Assembly: GCA_030390025.1 (NCBI GenBank) | Contig: CM059431.1 | Coordinates: forward strand, 154,258,001 to 154,322,000 | Origin: Squalus acanthias | Lineage: Eukaryota | Direction: 5' to 3' | DNA: 64,000 bases | Shown: in pieces, positions 50,682 through 63,200 of the stretch | How positions within the stretch are numbered: position 1 is the first letter of the stretch | Layout of the letters: every line of letters starts with the position of its first letter | Made by a program: the position numbers and the translations under genes | Notes under the pieces: generated by a model | Told to the model about the DNA's origin: nothing | Seen by the model: only the letters and a program-made list of their open reading frames with translations | The model's database searches: none

Positions 50682-51775
50682 GTGAGAATAGTCTTTGTGT
50701 TGAACTGATATATCCGCTTGTCTTTAAATTCAATCCAGTGAACCTCAATCTGTGTTTTCAGTATCTTCTCCTTTGTTGTGGATTCCGACTTATCGGAGAC
50801 TGTTAACTCATATCTATGACATAGAGGTAAATTATACACTAAATGCTAAAAAAAAAGGTTAAGGATTCTCGTCTTGTCCCTCTGCAAAATTTACACTCAA
50901 CCTTGGTTCAAACATGGCTGTCCGTTTGTTTTCTCGGCGAAACTGACTGTGACGTCTGAATTTCTGGTTAACTCGATCCATCTAACCGGCGGTTGTAAAA
51001 GGATCCTCTGCTGACTGCCAACAAAAGATAAGTTTAAAAAAATATACTTACCTGAATGTGGAGCCAATAATTTCAGGAGTTCCCCACTTGGTTCCATCTT
51101 AAAACTATGAGACATTGTCCGTCACTAAACCGATTGCGTCTCTCACTCTCCCTTTCGTTGCCTCCCTCCCTCTTCTAGCGGTCAACCCCTCCCTCCCTCT
51201 GCCGACCACTTCCCTCCCGCCCTCACCCGATAGTCCCTCCTTCCCGATCACTTTCTCCTCTCCCAGTCGCCTGTGCCGAGAGAGTCGACGTTTAAATTAT
51301 CAGCACCAAGCAAGCTGCCTCGGTAGACTCAGCAGGTGGCTGCACATCGCCGCTCTGATGTAAACGAGGCCCGGGGCCTAATATAGAGTGCGTCTCAGGC
51401 CAACCCTTTACGGTGCAGGGGTCGTTACCAGCGGTAAGTTTGGCTTCGTGTGTAAAATGTACGATAGCCAATGAAAAATACTAGCAAATGTAATTAATGG
51501 AAATAAAAACCTTGAGATATGTAAATGTTGCTGCCTATTTCCTTTACCAGGTTTTGAATTATGTCCCAAAGTCACAATTACAGACCCTCGACCCCCACCG
51601 CCCATTTCACGCTGCCGGCACAAACCAATTCCTAGGCCAGTGTCGATAATTTCACTGATTGTGCTTTAAGCCTTCACCCTGCCGTGTGCTTATGGTGATG
51701 CAGCGGCTGCATGCAGTAACCTGCCGTGTATCCCATTGCACCAGAGTACAGTTTAACAATCAATAAATAAAATAA

Positions 51776-51872
51776 GCAGATAGACAGATGAATATATTGA
51801 AAACAGACAGATTGATAGAGAGACAGAGAGACAGCCAGACAGCGAGACAGGTGGACAGACAGAAATACAGAT
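51776..51872 (+). repeat. Degenerate (GACA/GATA/GAGA)n simple repeat
   Basis: Visible in sequence. Confidence 0.75.
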
Positions 51873-52021
51873 ATATTCATATTGATTATTAAGTATTTGA
51901 CATTCCCTCTTCGTTTTATGGATTATTTTGTTGCAGTGCAAGAGATTTCTAAGTACATCTTCCAAATATCGTCCTTTAATGTAACTACTCCGATATATTT
52001 TGTTCCACTTGTATTTTATAG

Positions 52022-52191
52022 TGGATGATATTACTGGAGTTGGACCAACTGTATCGCCAGACGCTGACACTGATAAATCCAACAATACCGAATTGTATCG
52101 GGATAGAAAACTTGAAGGTATTGAAGAGTCCATGGACGGTGTCAGTGCAAATCTGTTTAATAAATATGTAGTCTTTCGGAAAGAATATGAG
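52022..52191 (+). CDS. Exon B3: duplicated death-fold first half
   Basis: tattttatag|TG...GAG|gtatgt; 170 nt; DDITGVGPTV...TELYRDRKLEGIEESMDGVSANL...KEYE. Confidence 0.68.
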
Positions 52192-53216
52192 GTATGTTTG
52201 ACATAAATGGAACAGGACCTCTCTTAATCTATGGTAGAAATGTTACATGAGGAAAACGTATGATTGCCAAGATTTCCACTGCCTTACCTAATTTCCTCTC
52301 GGCTGTGTATCAGACGCTAATTTTGATCGATTATTCTTACACCGAAAATAACGCAGAGGCCAGACAGTGAACTGGATCCAGCACTGCTCTGCAAGAGCAA
52401 AGATTAATTTTGAAAGAATTAAGATACATCATGTTGGCCGAGTAACTAAATAATCCCTTGATCATGCCCCTTCCTCCATGCCCAACAGTTAGACTGCATC
52501 TGCTTCCTCACCTCTAAAGCCAACGCTTACATTGCTTTTATAGCTTCGCCTCCAAGCAGACGACTCCGATTGTATCTTCACCCTCGGCTCTAATCACCAA
52601 CGGATATATTGCATGTTAATAGTCACTACAATCTTTATCTTATTCAGTTTCGCCCGCCACTCTCCGACTTACTTCCAGTTCCATCATTCTTGCCTCCGTA
52701 ATTTGGGGCCATGAATCTACTTAGATCGAGATTTAGTCTAATGTATTGAATTCGAAATTTACCGAGGCTCCCAGGTTTTCTACGGCTAGTGGATTACATG
52801 TATTGATTATGCTTCAACTCTCCTGCCCCTGTTTGTGCAGCGACTCCTGCTCACCTCGGCTCAGAGCTCCCTCATCTGACTTGGGTGAATTGGACTTTAC
52901 AAACTCTCTTAGCCGGATTATACAAGTAATTGATTTCTTAAAGAGAAAATCAGACTTTTGCGATTACGTCGGCATCATTTTTAATTAATTCACCATGTTA
53001 AATAACTTTATTATCGGTATTGCCTTTGTTGATTTCGCTTTTGCGATTATGATGGACGCCACAATATATGTCTACACTATCTGGCGTACCTCCGCCCGGG
53101 GACTCTCAATGTATCATTGTCTGTTGCTGCACCGGCTCGGGAAATTTGTGGCTCATACAGTTCAGTAACCGGAAAATCAGCTCTATTATATCTAATCATA
53201 TTTTTGCTATAATCAG

Positions 53217-53343
53217 AAACAACAGGAAAATGCTCCAGCAGAAACTTTTATAATCACGGATACTTACAGTGACATCAGCCTCACTCACACAGTAAATTAA
53301 GATCTAGGAGCCGGCGGATATGACAGAAACGCGCAGACATCTG
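53217..53343 (+). pseudogene. Exon A3 (paralog of A1) with in-frame TAA at 53298-53300
   Basis: taatcag|KQQENAPAETFIITDTYSDISLTHTVN*DLGAGGYDRNAQTS G|gtagga; aligns with A1 EQEQNTPTETLRSTDSYSAISQTHRVN...GGYDRRVRTS. Confidence 0.6.
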
Positions 53344-53844
53344 GTAGGATTACTCTTTTATTTGAACTGATATATCCAACAATGTTTGTATGCATCCAGT
53401 AAATCTCAGTTTTTAGTCTCTTCTCATTCTGTTGTGGATTCTGACATATCTGAGACTTTTAACTCATGAACTGCAACAACAACAACGTGCATTTATATAT
53501 CGCCTTTAACGTAGTAAAATGTCCCAAGGCGCTTCACTGGAGTATTATATATACCATTGAGGTAAATTATACACTCAATGCCACAGAAAGCTTCAGACTT
53601 TACGTCTTGTCACTCTGCCCGATTTTGCAGTCTACTTTATTTCAAGGCGTTCCGCTTGCTTTCTCCGTTAAAGTGTCTGTGACGGCTGAAGGTACGGTTA
53701 ACTCGTTCTATCTAACACCCTGTCGATAAAGGGACCTCTGCAGTCCACCACCAAATGAAAGGTTTTAAGAAACAAATAATTCCTGTATGTAGAGCCAATG
53801 ACATCAGTAGTAGTAGCGATAATGGGTAGGTACCCAAATTGGCA

Positions 53845-54540
53845 GGAATTTGGGGCCTAAACTATTCATAGTATTTATTAACGACTTAGATGATGGCATA
53901 GAAAGTGACATATCCAAACTTGCCGATGACACAAAGATAGGCGGCATAGTAGGCAGTGTAGATGAAAGCATTACATTACAAAGGGATATCGGTAGATTAG
54001 TGAAAGGACGAAACGGTGGCAAATGGATTTCAATGTAGGCAAATGAGAGGTCATCAACTTTGGACCTAAAAAAGATAGAACAGGGCACTTTCTAATTGGT
54101 GAAAAGCTAAAAGCAGTGGAGGTCCACAGATATTTGGTGTCCAGGTTCATAGATTATTAAAATGTCATGACCAGGTACAGAAAATATTCAAAAACGCTAA
54201 TGGGATGCTGATCTTTATATCCAGAGGACAGGAATACACGAGGGTAGAAGTTATGCTGCAGCTGTACAAAGCCCTGCTTAGACCACACCTGGAGCACTGT
54301 GAGCAGTTCTGGGCACCACACCTTAGGAAGGATATATTGGCCTTGGAGGGAGTGCAGCGTAGATTTACCAGAATGATACACAGACATCAAGTGTTTAAGT
54401 TACAAGGAGAGATTACACAAATTAGGGTTGTGTTTCATAGAATTTAGAAAGTTAAGGGATGATCTCATCGAAGTGTTCAAGATATTATGGGGAACAGAAA
54501 GGGTACATAGAGAGAAAGTATTTCCCTTGGTTGGGAATGC
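53845..54540 (+). mobile_element. CR1 fragment
   Basis: FINDLDDG, KLADDTK, LEHCEQFWAPHLRKD. Confidence 0.88.
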
Positions 54541-55307
54541 CAGTCGTGTTGGTTAAATGTAATACATTATTAAAAGATAACGAGAAGTTGATATTTTCCC
54601 CTCCCCATATTTCTCGATTAACTGCAGTCAAATTCTAACACAAGTCGGTGATTCACTACTCATGAGTATCCATCCATAACTCAGTGGACTTATTGGGAGC
54701 GCTATTTGTTTGAAATAAACAAGATGAAGTTAATGATTGAGTGAACATGGTGGGGTAATTTTAACTTAATCCGATGTTGTAAAACTATCGGATAATGAAC
54801 TGGCCGCCGATGTAACGGAAAATTGTGCAGAGTTTATAATGGGCGGCCTATTCGATATCATTTGTTTTACACCATTCCCGGAGCAAAATAAGCTGATTGC
54901 AGTTGCTGGACGGAAGTGAGAAATAACGTGGATAATGCGTATCCTGCAGTCCTTTGAAATCTACGCCGAGGTTGCGAAGCCTAATATTACACGCCGGTCC
55001 CAAATGTTGCACATTTGCAGACCTTGAGAGGAGCATGTTTCAGTTCCAAGAAACACAACTAGATGGTCCTTGCAATTCTTTAATTGATAGTACCATTGTT
55101 TGTTTTCCTTACCTCAGCTTATAGACTTTTAATAACATGCAAATACCAAGTGTTGCCTCTGTTTTACATTGTGTTGCAAACAACGTGTAGTTATGAGCCG
55201 CCCTATTCAAAAACTTCAGTAATTTACTTCAGTGAACCAAGATTAGATCCTAATTATCTATGTAAACCTTGAAAAATTAATCAAAAACACAAAGGGAAAA
55301 AAATTGA

Positions 55308-55745
55308 TGACTTCCATTCAAACAGCACCTTTCACGACCTCAGAATGTCCCAAAGCGCTTTGCAGCCAATGAAATAATTTTGAATGGTAGTCACCTTTGT
55401 TATGTAGGAATCATGGCAGCCAAAATTGAGCACAGCCAACTCCCACAAACATCAAAGTGATAATGACCACATCATCTGCTTTTTGTGAGATGTTGATTGA
55501 GGGATAACTATTGTCCAGGACACCGTGGATAAGTCCGCTGTTCTTCGAAATATTGCCGTGGGATCATTTACGTCCACGTGACAAAGCAGACGTGGCTTCT
55601 GTTTAATGTCTGCATCTGAAAGCCGGCAGCTCCGACAGTGCGGCACTCCCACAGTGCTGTCCTGGATTTTGTAATCAAGTCTCCGGAGTGGGACGTGAAC
55701 TCACAACCTTCAGATTCACATGCGAGAGTTATACCCATTGAGCCA
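55308..55745 (-). mobile_element. SacSINE1/DeuSINE-like SINE
   Basis: Minus-strand tRNA-like head GGCTCAATGG...GTTCACGTCCCACTCC, shared core, L2-like tail. Confidence 0.75.
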
Positions 55746-56139
55746 GTGTAGTGAAAGTGCATGAAACTTCCTCGATCCGTGAAATAGACTTTGAATTATT
55801 TTTGATGCCCTTAATGCAACAGAAAGATTCATAATTCATAGAGTTATAGAGTAATAGTTATAACTGCACAGATGGAGGCCATTCGGCCCAACGAGTCCGT
55901 GCCGGCTCTCTTTAGAGCAATCCAGCCAGTCCCATTCTCCCGCTCCATACCCGTAGCACTGCAATTTATCTCCCTCAAGTGCCAATCCAGTCTCCCCTTG
56001 AAAACATTCATGTTTGTGTCGGAAGCCCGGGGAGAGTTAGCCATTTGTATTTGGGACTAGCGCAGTGTTGTCACTAACATTTCAATGTCTTGTCCCTCTG
56101 CCAAATAGTGTACTCAACCTTGGTTCAAACATGGCAAAA

Positions 56140-57275
56140 ATGAGAATCCCGAATGCTGTGTTACCGACTTAAGTGATATCTCGTGCCGGTTGGGGAGTAA
56201 TTTGGAAAGGGAGGGCATAAGTGTGACAAAGACCAGGGTAATAGATTGGAGCAAAGCTGATTTTGAGATGTTGAGAATAGAAATTGAGTATTTAAAATGG
56301 TCAACGATATTGGCAAACAATGATGCAGAACAGCCATGGGAAACAGTTAAAACGATGTTCAACAGAGTTCAGAAAATATATATTCTGCTAAAAAAAACAA
56401 GAAGAAGCTGAACATTACTCAGACACTGTGGATGAAAAAAAGCCTTAAGGGAAAAACTGGGGGTAAGGAAAGGCATACATTAAGTTCATGGACAGCAGCG
56501 GAGAGCACGATAAGGGAGAATATGAAGAGATTAGGAGAGAAGTCAAAGAATAATTAGGAAGGCAAAGAGGAACTATGAAATTACGTTATTAAGTAACATA
56601 AAAGAACATAGTAAAATATTGCACAGGGACATCAACTAAAAAGGACATTCAGGATGGGAATAGGGCAACTAAGTGCTGAACACTATAATACCATTGGCAG
56701 CGATAGAGAGATGGCAGAATTATTAAATAATTACTTTGCTTCGGTATTTATCAGGCAGATAGAGCAGGTAGACATAACATCGGATGATGAGATTAGTAAT
56801 GATATAACTGCATTAATATAAAACGAGGAGATAGAATAAATAAACTAGTGAAACTCAAAAAGGAAAAAAAAAACTGTTCCAAACGGATTACATCTGCGCA
56901 TTTTAAAAGAATCTAGGGAAGAGATAGCACAGGCATTACTACGCATATTTAAGAATTTGTTAGAAAAAGCACTGGTGGACAACTAACATAATACATATAT
57001 TTAAGAAGGGAGATAGAGCATGAGACGGAATTTCTTTATCAAGAGAGTGGTGAGAATGTGGAACTCGCTACCACTGGGAGTCATGGAAGCGAAGAGTATC
57101 AATGCTTTTAACAGGTGTTTAGATAAGCATATGAGGTAGAAGGTAATAGAGGGTTATGCTGATAGAGTTATGAGGAAAGACGGGAGGTGGCTGGACTGGA
57201 GAATAATCGCCGTCAAGGACTGGTAGGGCCGAATGGCTTGTTTATGCGCTGTATATCGTATGTAATCCTATGTAA
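56140..57275 (+). mobile_element. CR1 fragments (post-APE region joined to a 3' end)
   Basis: ORF 56190-56411 DWSKADFE, homologous to 63050-63560; 3' end from ~57020. Confidence 0.75.
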
Positions 57276-57404
57276 TAGCTGTCCATTTGCTTTTTCTGGC
57301 AACGTCTCTGTGACGTGTGAACCTCTGGTTAACTTGATACATCTAATCCAAAACAACGGCTCCACTGTAGGAGGTTGGTATTGGAAAAAAATCTGTATCA
57401 ATGA

Positions 57405-57835
57405 CAAAAGAAAGAAAGATTTGCATTTATTTAGCGCCTTTCATGACCACAGGACGTCACAAAACGCTTTACAGCCAATTAAATACTTTTGAAGTGTAGT
57501 CACTGTTGTATTGTAGGAAACGTGGCAGCCAATGCAAGCTCCCACACACAGCAATGTGATAATGGCCAGGTAATCTGTTTTAGTGATGATGATTGAGGGC
57601 TATATAATGGCCAGCCCATCAGGGATAACTCCACTTCTATTCTTCGAAATAGTGTCATTGCAACTTTTACGTCCACCGAAGAAAGTACAGTTTAAAGTCT
57701 CATTTGAAAGACGGAACCTCCGACAGTGCAGCACTCCCTCAGTACTGCACTGGAGTGTCACCCCAGCAATTGAGCTCATGTCTCTGCACTTAGAGCTGAA
57801 ACCACAACCTTCTGACTCAGAGGCAAGTGTGCTAA
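57405..57835 (-). mobile_element. SacSINE1/DeuSINE-like SINE
   Basis: TTGCATTTATTTAGCGCC tail and core shared with 55308-55745. Confidence 0.75.
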
Positions 57836-58371
57836 GGATGGCTAAAATAACATAGATGCTCTTCTTAACCATATGCTGCAAACTCCGACTTTCCACGATG
57901 GAACTGCCCACACATTCTGAAGCGCATTCTGTGTCAGACTTTCTAGTTGTAACTATCAGGAAAGAGTGAAGGGAGAAGCCTCAATTATGACCTATAATAT
58001 GTCTTTATTGTTATGAACGGCTTGGATAGGGTAGACGTTAAAAAATATTTTCAGTTCTGGGAGAGTGCAAAGCTAGATGCTATAAATATGATATAGTCAC
58101 GAATAAGTCCAGTTGGGAATTCAGCAGAAACATCTTTACTCAGAATGGTGAGAATGTTGTACTCGCTGCCACACTGAGTGGTTTAGGCGATTAGCATAGA
58201 TGCACTAACGGGGAAGCTAGGTTATTTCACAGGAGAGAAATTAAGAGCAGGATATGTTGATAGGGTGCGATATCTTAGATGGGAGAAGTTCGTGTGGAGA
58301 ATAGACACCGCCATAGATCTGTTGGGCTGAGTGGTCAATTTTTGTGTTGTAACATTCTATGAAACTATATT

Positions 58372-59150
58372 AGAATCATAGAAAGTTACAGCAAGGAAGG
58401 AGGCCTTTTCGTACACCGTGTCCGCGCCTGCCAAGAAAGAGCTATTCAGCCTATTCCTACTTCCCAGCTCTTGGTCCGTAGCCCTGCAGGTTACAGCATC
58501 CCAAGTGCACATCCAAGTACTTTTTAAATGTGGTTAGGGTTCCTGCCTCTACCAGCCTTTTAGGCAGCGAGTTCCAGACCCCCACAACCCTCTGGGTGAA
58601 GAAATTTGCCCTCAAATCCCCTCTAACCATGCCACCAATTACTTTAAATCTGTGCCCCCTGATTTTTGACCCCTCTACTTAGGGAAATAGGCCCTTTCTA
58701 TCACTTTATCCAAGCCCCTCATAATTTTATACACCTCAATAAGTTCTCCCCTCAGCCTCCTCTATTCCAAGGAAAACAGAACCAGCCTATCTAGTCTTTC
58801 CTCATAGCTAAGATTCTCTACTCCCGGCACAATCCTTGTAAATCTCCTCTGTTCCCTCTCTAGTGCAATCACATATTTCCTGTAATATTGTGACCAGGAC
58901 TTCACGCAGTACTCTAGCTGAGGCCTAACTAGTGTTTTATAAACTTGAAGCATAACCCCCCGCTCTTGTATTCTATGCCACGCCTAATAAAGGCAAGCAT
59001 TCCGTATGCCTTCTTAACCATCTTCTCTACCTGGCCTGTTACATTCAGGAATCTGTGGACATGCACTCCAAGGTCCCTTTGTGTCCTACCATTTAATATG
59101 CATTCACTTTCCTTGTTTGCCCTCCACAAATGCATTACCTTACACTTCTT
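58372..59150 (-). mobile_element. CR1 3' fragment
   Basis: ORFs 58762-59135 (LVRPQLEYCV, LFSLE). Confidence 0.88.
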
Positions 59151-60236
59151 ATTCTAGGTATTTTCACCAGATATGGCGGTGATACATTCGGAGTCAATTT
59201 TTGGCCTCAATTCGGAGTTATGCTGCTCTTTGGTATCAATGATCGTGGTAAAATGTCATTTGTTGATGTAAAGGTAACAACAGTTTAATTCTTTTTGTGT
59301 AAAGCTGCTTACATTTGGCCTCTGATAATCTTATACCGCAAAGGTATGTCTAAAAGTAGTAATATTTACACAATGTAATCTGAAAGTGGGATTTGTAAGC
59401 AGGAAGTATCCAGGATATGTGACTAATCATGAGCTGAGAGTGGTGCAGTTCACAATGTTGAGGATGACCACGCATTTAAAACAGAAACGACTTCACAATT
59501 AGCACCGTCCACATACTTGAAAAAGAGCCACGCTGAAGTAACGTTGTTTCCTTTGAAGAAAAGTTTTGAACGGGTGGCAGTAACGTGGATACAATAATAG
59601 GGTAATTAGGAGAGGATCACGGGACTCAATTTACAACGAGATGGATGCTGCAATGGAGACAGTTCGTGCAGTAGAAGGGTGAGATGACATAGAGTGAACT
59701 GTTTTCTTCAAAGAAACTGATGATGTGCGGCATAATGAAATATAAACACAAACAGGCCATTTAAATTAGAATTTGAGAGAGAGGTGAAACACATTAGCAG
59801 AGCAAATACCAGAAAAATACAAATAGCCTGAATCGCTACCCTTAACTCCTTCTCTCTGTTTTTTCTGATTTATAGCCTGTTTGTTATCCAATCTGCTACT
59901 TGACCCCTGAATTCAAATGCTCTGAAGCCATGAGTCTTCTATGCAGTACCTTATTGAAGGCCTTTTGAAAGTCCATATGTATTACATCCACTGCATTACC
60001 CCTGTCTTTTCATTCTGTTACTTCTTCGAATAATTCACTAAGGTTGGGTAAGCATGACCTTTTCTTCCGAAATCTATGCTGACCAACTTTTTAATTATAT
60101 ATTCGGTTTCTAGATGTCTTTTCTATGACTTATTTGAGTAAGAATTTAAATATAATTCCTACCACCGAGTTAAGCTAACCGATCTATAGTTCCATGGATT
60201 TGTTCCAGCTGCTTTAAAAATTTAGATTATTTGTCA

Positions 60237-63200
60237 CTATACATCGGATTACATAGGATATACGGCACAGAAGCAGACCATTCGGCCCAATCAGTCCATG
60301 CCGGCGTTTATGCTCCACTCGAGCCTCCTCCCTTCTTGACTCATTTAAATCTATCAGCAGAAACCTCTATTCCCTTCTTCTTCATATACTTGTCTAGCCT
60401 CCCCTTAAATGCATCTATAATTTTCGCTTCAACCACTCCCTGTGGTAGCATGTTGCACATTCTCACAACCATTTGGATGAAGACATTTCTCCTGAATTCC
60501 CTATTGGATTTCTTGGTGACTATCCTATATTAATGGTCTCTAGTTTTGCTCTTCCCCACAAGTGGAAATATTCTCTCTGTATCCACTCTATCAAAACCTT
60601 TCATAATTTTAAAGACCTCTATTGGATCACCACTCAGCTTCCTTTTTCAAGAGCAAGGAGACCCAGCCTGTTCATTCTTTCCTGTAATGTATAAACTCCC
60701 ATTTCTGGTATCATCCTTGTAAATCTTCACTGCACCCTCTCCAGTGACTCTATATCCTTTTTATAACATTGCGACCAGGACTGTACGCTGCACTCCAACT
60801 GTGTTCGAACCAAGGTTCGATACAGGTTTAGCATAACTTCCCTCCTTTTCAGTGCTATACCTCTAGAAATAAACCCTAGTTCTTGGTTTGCTTTCTTATG
60901 GCCTTACTAACCCGTGTCGCAACTTTTAGTGATTTGTGTATTTGTACTCCCTTTGTTCCTCTATCCCACCGAGACTCGCACACTCCAAGTAATAATTGAC
61001 CTCCTTATTCTTTCTACCAAAATGTAATACCTCTCATTTATCTTTGTTGAATTTCATTTGCCAATTATATGTCCATTCTGCAAGTATATTAATGTCCTCC
61101 TGTAATTTGTTGCAGTCCTCCACAACATTGACTATCTTCCCACAATTTGGTGTCATCCGCAAATTTAGAAATTGTGTTTTTGATTCCAAAGTCTAAATCG
61201 TTAATATAAATTTTGAAAAATAGTACAGCCAGCACATATCCTTTTGGAACACTTCTACCCACCTCCTGCCACTATAAATAACTACCATTTACCCCTACAC
61301 TTCGCTTCTGTCTTGAAGCCAGCTAGCTATCCATTCTGCTACTTGTCCTCTGACTTCGCATTTTTTAACCTTGTTCATCAGTCTATAATGGGGTAGTTTA
61401 TCGAAGGCCTTTTGAAAATCGAGATAAATTACATCTACTGCATTACCATTGTCTACTCCCTCTGTTACCTCTTCAAAAAAATCAATGAGCTTGTTCGAGC
61501 AAGACTATTCATTACTACATTTTTGGTTGCTAGATGCTCTTCTATTTTTTCCATTAGTAGGGATTCCAATATTTTTCCTGACACCGATATTAAGATGACT
61601 GGTCTATAATTCCCTGGACATGCTCTATCTACCTTCTTAAATATAGGTCTTACATTAGCTATGCACCAGTCATTTGGCACTTCATCTTTGTCGAATGAAT
61701 TAGTAATGCCTCTGCTATCTATTCCATAGATTATTTTAAAATGCTTGGATGCAATCCATCCAAACCAGAACATAGAACATAGAACAGTCCAGCACAGTAC
61801 ATGCCCTTCGGCCCTCGATGTTGTGCCGAGCATTGTCCGAAAACAAGATAAAGCCATCCCACTCCCTATCATTCTGGTGTGCTCCATGTGCTTATCCAAT
61901 AACCGCTTGAAAATTCCTAAAGTGTCCGAATCAACTATCACAGCAGGCAGTCCATTCCACACCCCAACCACTCTCTTAGTAAATAATCTACCTCGGACAT
62001 CCTTTTTATATCTCCCCCCATGCACCTTATAGTTATGCCCCCTTGGAACAGCTACATCCACCCGAGGAAATAGTCTCTGAAATCCACTCTATCTATCCCC
62101 CTCATCATCTTATAAACCACTATTAAGTCGCCTCTCATCCTCCTCCGCTCTAAAGAGAAAAGCCCTAGCTCCCTCATCCTTTCCTCATAAGACTCCCCCC
62201 CAAACCAGGCAGCATCCTGGTAAATCTCCTTTGCACTCTTTCCAATGCTTCCACGTCCTTCCTATAGTGAGGTGACCAGAAATGCACACAATATTCCAAA
62301 TGTGGTCTCACCAAGGTCCTGTACAGTTGCAGCATAACCTCACGGTTCTTAAACTCAAACCCCTTGTTAATAAACGCAAACACACTACAGGCATTCTTTA
62401 CTGATCTATCCACTTGAGTGGCAACCTTCAGAGATCTGTGGATATGAACCCCCAGATCTCTCTGTTCCTCCACGTTCCTCAAAACCCTGCCGTTGACACT
62501 GTAATCCTTATTCAAATTTGCCCTACCAAAATTAATCACCTCGCATTGATCAGAATCAAATTCCATCTGCCATTTTTCGGCCCAGCTCTGCATCCTTTCA
62601 ATGTCTCTTTGCAGCCTACAACAGCCCTCCACCATATCCACTACTCCACCAATCTTGGTGTCATCAGCAAATTACTGATCCACCCTTCAGTCCCCTCCTC
62701 CAAGTCATTGATTAAAATCACAAACAGCAGAGGACGCAGCACCGACCCAAGTGGCACACCGCTGGTAACTGGTCTCCAGTCCGAAAATTTTCCATCCACC
62801 ACCACCCTCTGCCTTCTATGAGATAGCCAGTTACTTATCCAATCGGCAAAATTTCCCTCTATCCCACAACACCTTACTTTCTTCATGAGCCGACCATGGG
62901 GAACCTTCTCAAACGCCTTACTAAAATCCATGTATACGACATCAACTGCTCTACCTTCATCTCGACACTTAGTTACCTCCTCAAAGAATTCAATCAAATT
63001 TGTTAGGCATGACTTACCCTTCATGAATCCGTGTTGACTATCCCGGATTAATTATTTAATATTTCTACGTCTCGTTATCGTTACCTGTGCTATTAGCCTG
63101 TCTATACGTTAAAGGCCCTATTCCCATCCCAACCTTCCATTTTTATTGATGTGCCTCTAAAATATTTTAATATTTTGATTCATGTTCCTTGATAATTTAA

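Larger units (their letters stand above)
47170..53800 (+). repeat. Old tandem duplication of an exon-intron unit (~47170-51070 vs ~51930-53800)
   Basis: Collinear blocks 47170-47460/51930-52220, 47610-47750/52247-52390, 47975-48270/52434-52732, 49790-50115/52755-53100, 50650-51065/53312-53798. Confidence 0.85.
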
